Source of the DNA: Chiloscyllium plagiosum
Lineage: Eukaryota
Reading direction: 5' to 3'
Assembly (NCBI RefSeq): GCF_004010195.1
Contig: NC_057751.1
Location: 2,820,379 to 2,884,378 of the forward strand
DNA length: 64,000 nucleotides
The notes below the pieces were generated by a model that did not search any database, was not told where the DNA came from, and saw only the letters and a list, made by a program, of their open reading frames with translations. The translations under genes were made by a program, and so were the position numbers. Each line of letters opens with the position of its first letter. The first letter of the stretch is position 1. This document shows, in pieces, positions 62,620-64,000 of the stretch.

Positions 62620-64000
62620 ATGTTATATCTGAATGAACACAGTATAAGGAATAAGGTAAATGAGATTGTGGCGCAGATTGAAATTAGCAGAGATGACGTG
62701 TTGGGCATCAGAGAGACATGACTGCAAGGAGATCAGGATTGGGAGCTGAATATTCAAGGATATACATCCAATTGAAAATACAGGTCGGTGGGGAGGGAGG
62801 TGCAGTTGCCTTATCACTAAGAAATGAAATTAGATCAATAGTAATAAATGAAGTAGGGTCAGACAGCGTACAATCTGAGGTGGCAGAGCTGGGTATGGTG
62901 GGTATGACCAAAAGAAGGTACTAGAAAAACTGAATAGCCTGAAGGTGGATAAATCACTGGACCAGATGGACTACACCCCAGGGTTCTAAGTGAGACAGCT
63001 GAAGAGATGGTGGTGATCTTTCAGGAATCACTCGAATCTGGGCAGGTCCCAAAGGACTGGAAAATCACCAGTGTCATACTCCTGGTAAAGAAGGGTGTAA
63101 AGCAAAAGACAGAAAAGTACAGGTTGATTAGCCTAACCTTGGTCTGGACTCCACCGCGAAGGGCGAGATTTCTGAAAACTTAGAAGTGCATGGTAAAATA
63201 GGGCAAAGTCAGCATGGTTTCATCAATGGGAGATCAAGTTGACAAATCTTGGAGAATTCTTTGGTGAAGTAACAAGCAGATTAGACCAAAGTGAACCAAT
63301 GGATATTATCTGCCTGGACTTCAATAAGGCCTTTGACAAGGTGCCATACAGGAGGAGGCTACTGAGTAAGATAAGGGCCCATAGTGTCAAAGGCACGCTT
63401 GGCTATCTGGCAGAAAGCAGAGAGTGGGGACAACAAGGGTCTTTCTCAGGATGGCAGCCGGTGACAAGAGGTGTTCCGCAAGGCTCAGTGTTGGACTACT
63501 GCTTTACACTTTATACATTGACAATCTAGGTGAAGGAACTGAGGGCATTCTGGTGAGGTGTACAGATGATACAAAGATAGGGAGAGGGACAAGTAGCATT
63601 GAGGAGGCGGGGAGCCTGCAGAAGGATGTGGACAGCTTTGGAGAGTGAGCAAAGAAGTGGCAGATGGAGTACAACGTGGAAAAGTATGAGGTCATACACT
63701 TTGGTCAGAAGAATAGAGGCATGGACTATTTTCTAAATGGGGAGATAATTCAGAAGTCTGAGGTGCAAAGAGACTTGAGAGTTCTAGTCCAGGATTCTGT
63801 CAAGGGCAAACTTACAGGTTGAGTCAGTAGTTATGAAGGCAAATGTAATGATGGCATTTATTTGGAGAGGACTTGAATGTAAAAGCAGGGATATACTTCT
63901 GAGGCTCTATCACGCTCTGGTCAGACCACATTTGGAGTTTTGTGCGCAGTTTTGGGCTCCATATCTCAGGAAGGATATTCTGGCCCTGGAGCAGGTTCAG
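62620..64000 (+). mobile_element. CR1 LINE ORF2 (EN start fused by deletion to RT), running off the window end
   Basis: [48 protein letters not shown]. Confidence 0.92.

Overview
Eukaryotic, not microbial: repeat-rich cartilaginous-fish (shark) DNA, inferred from eight HE1-type tRNA-derived V-SINEs, many decayed CR1/HER1-type LINEs and a 30-bp minisatellite typical of sharks. It reads as intergenic or deep-intronic. I found no convincing host gene, rRNA, tRNA gene or CRISPR array; almost all long ORFs are LINE fragments or repeat read-throughs. Contents: CR1 LINE remnants on both strands (one near full-length with an SGNH-esterase ORF1), L2-group LINE remnants, three putative solo LTRs, one Penelope-like element (PLE) with a GIY-YIG endonuclease and inverted pseudo-LTR, and several 90-130-bp PLE-derived mini-inserts with target-site duplications (TSDs) and decayed minimal hammerhead-ribozyme motifs. 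Structural oddities: a multi-level nested insertion stack (31.5-37.4 kb), a 419-bp tandem duplication, a fold-back inverted duplication, and pairs of nearby repeat copies sharing private mutations, which suggests local gene conversion. Two N-gaps. All alignments were by eye; family names come from recalled motifs, not database searches; boundaries of old elements are approximate.
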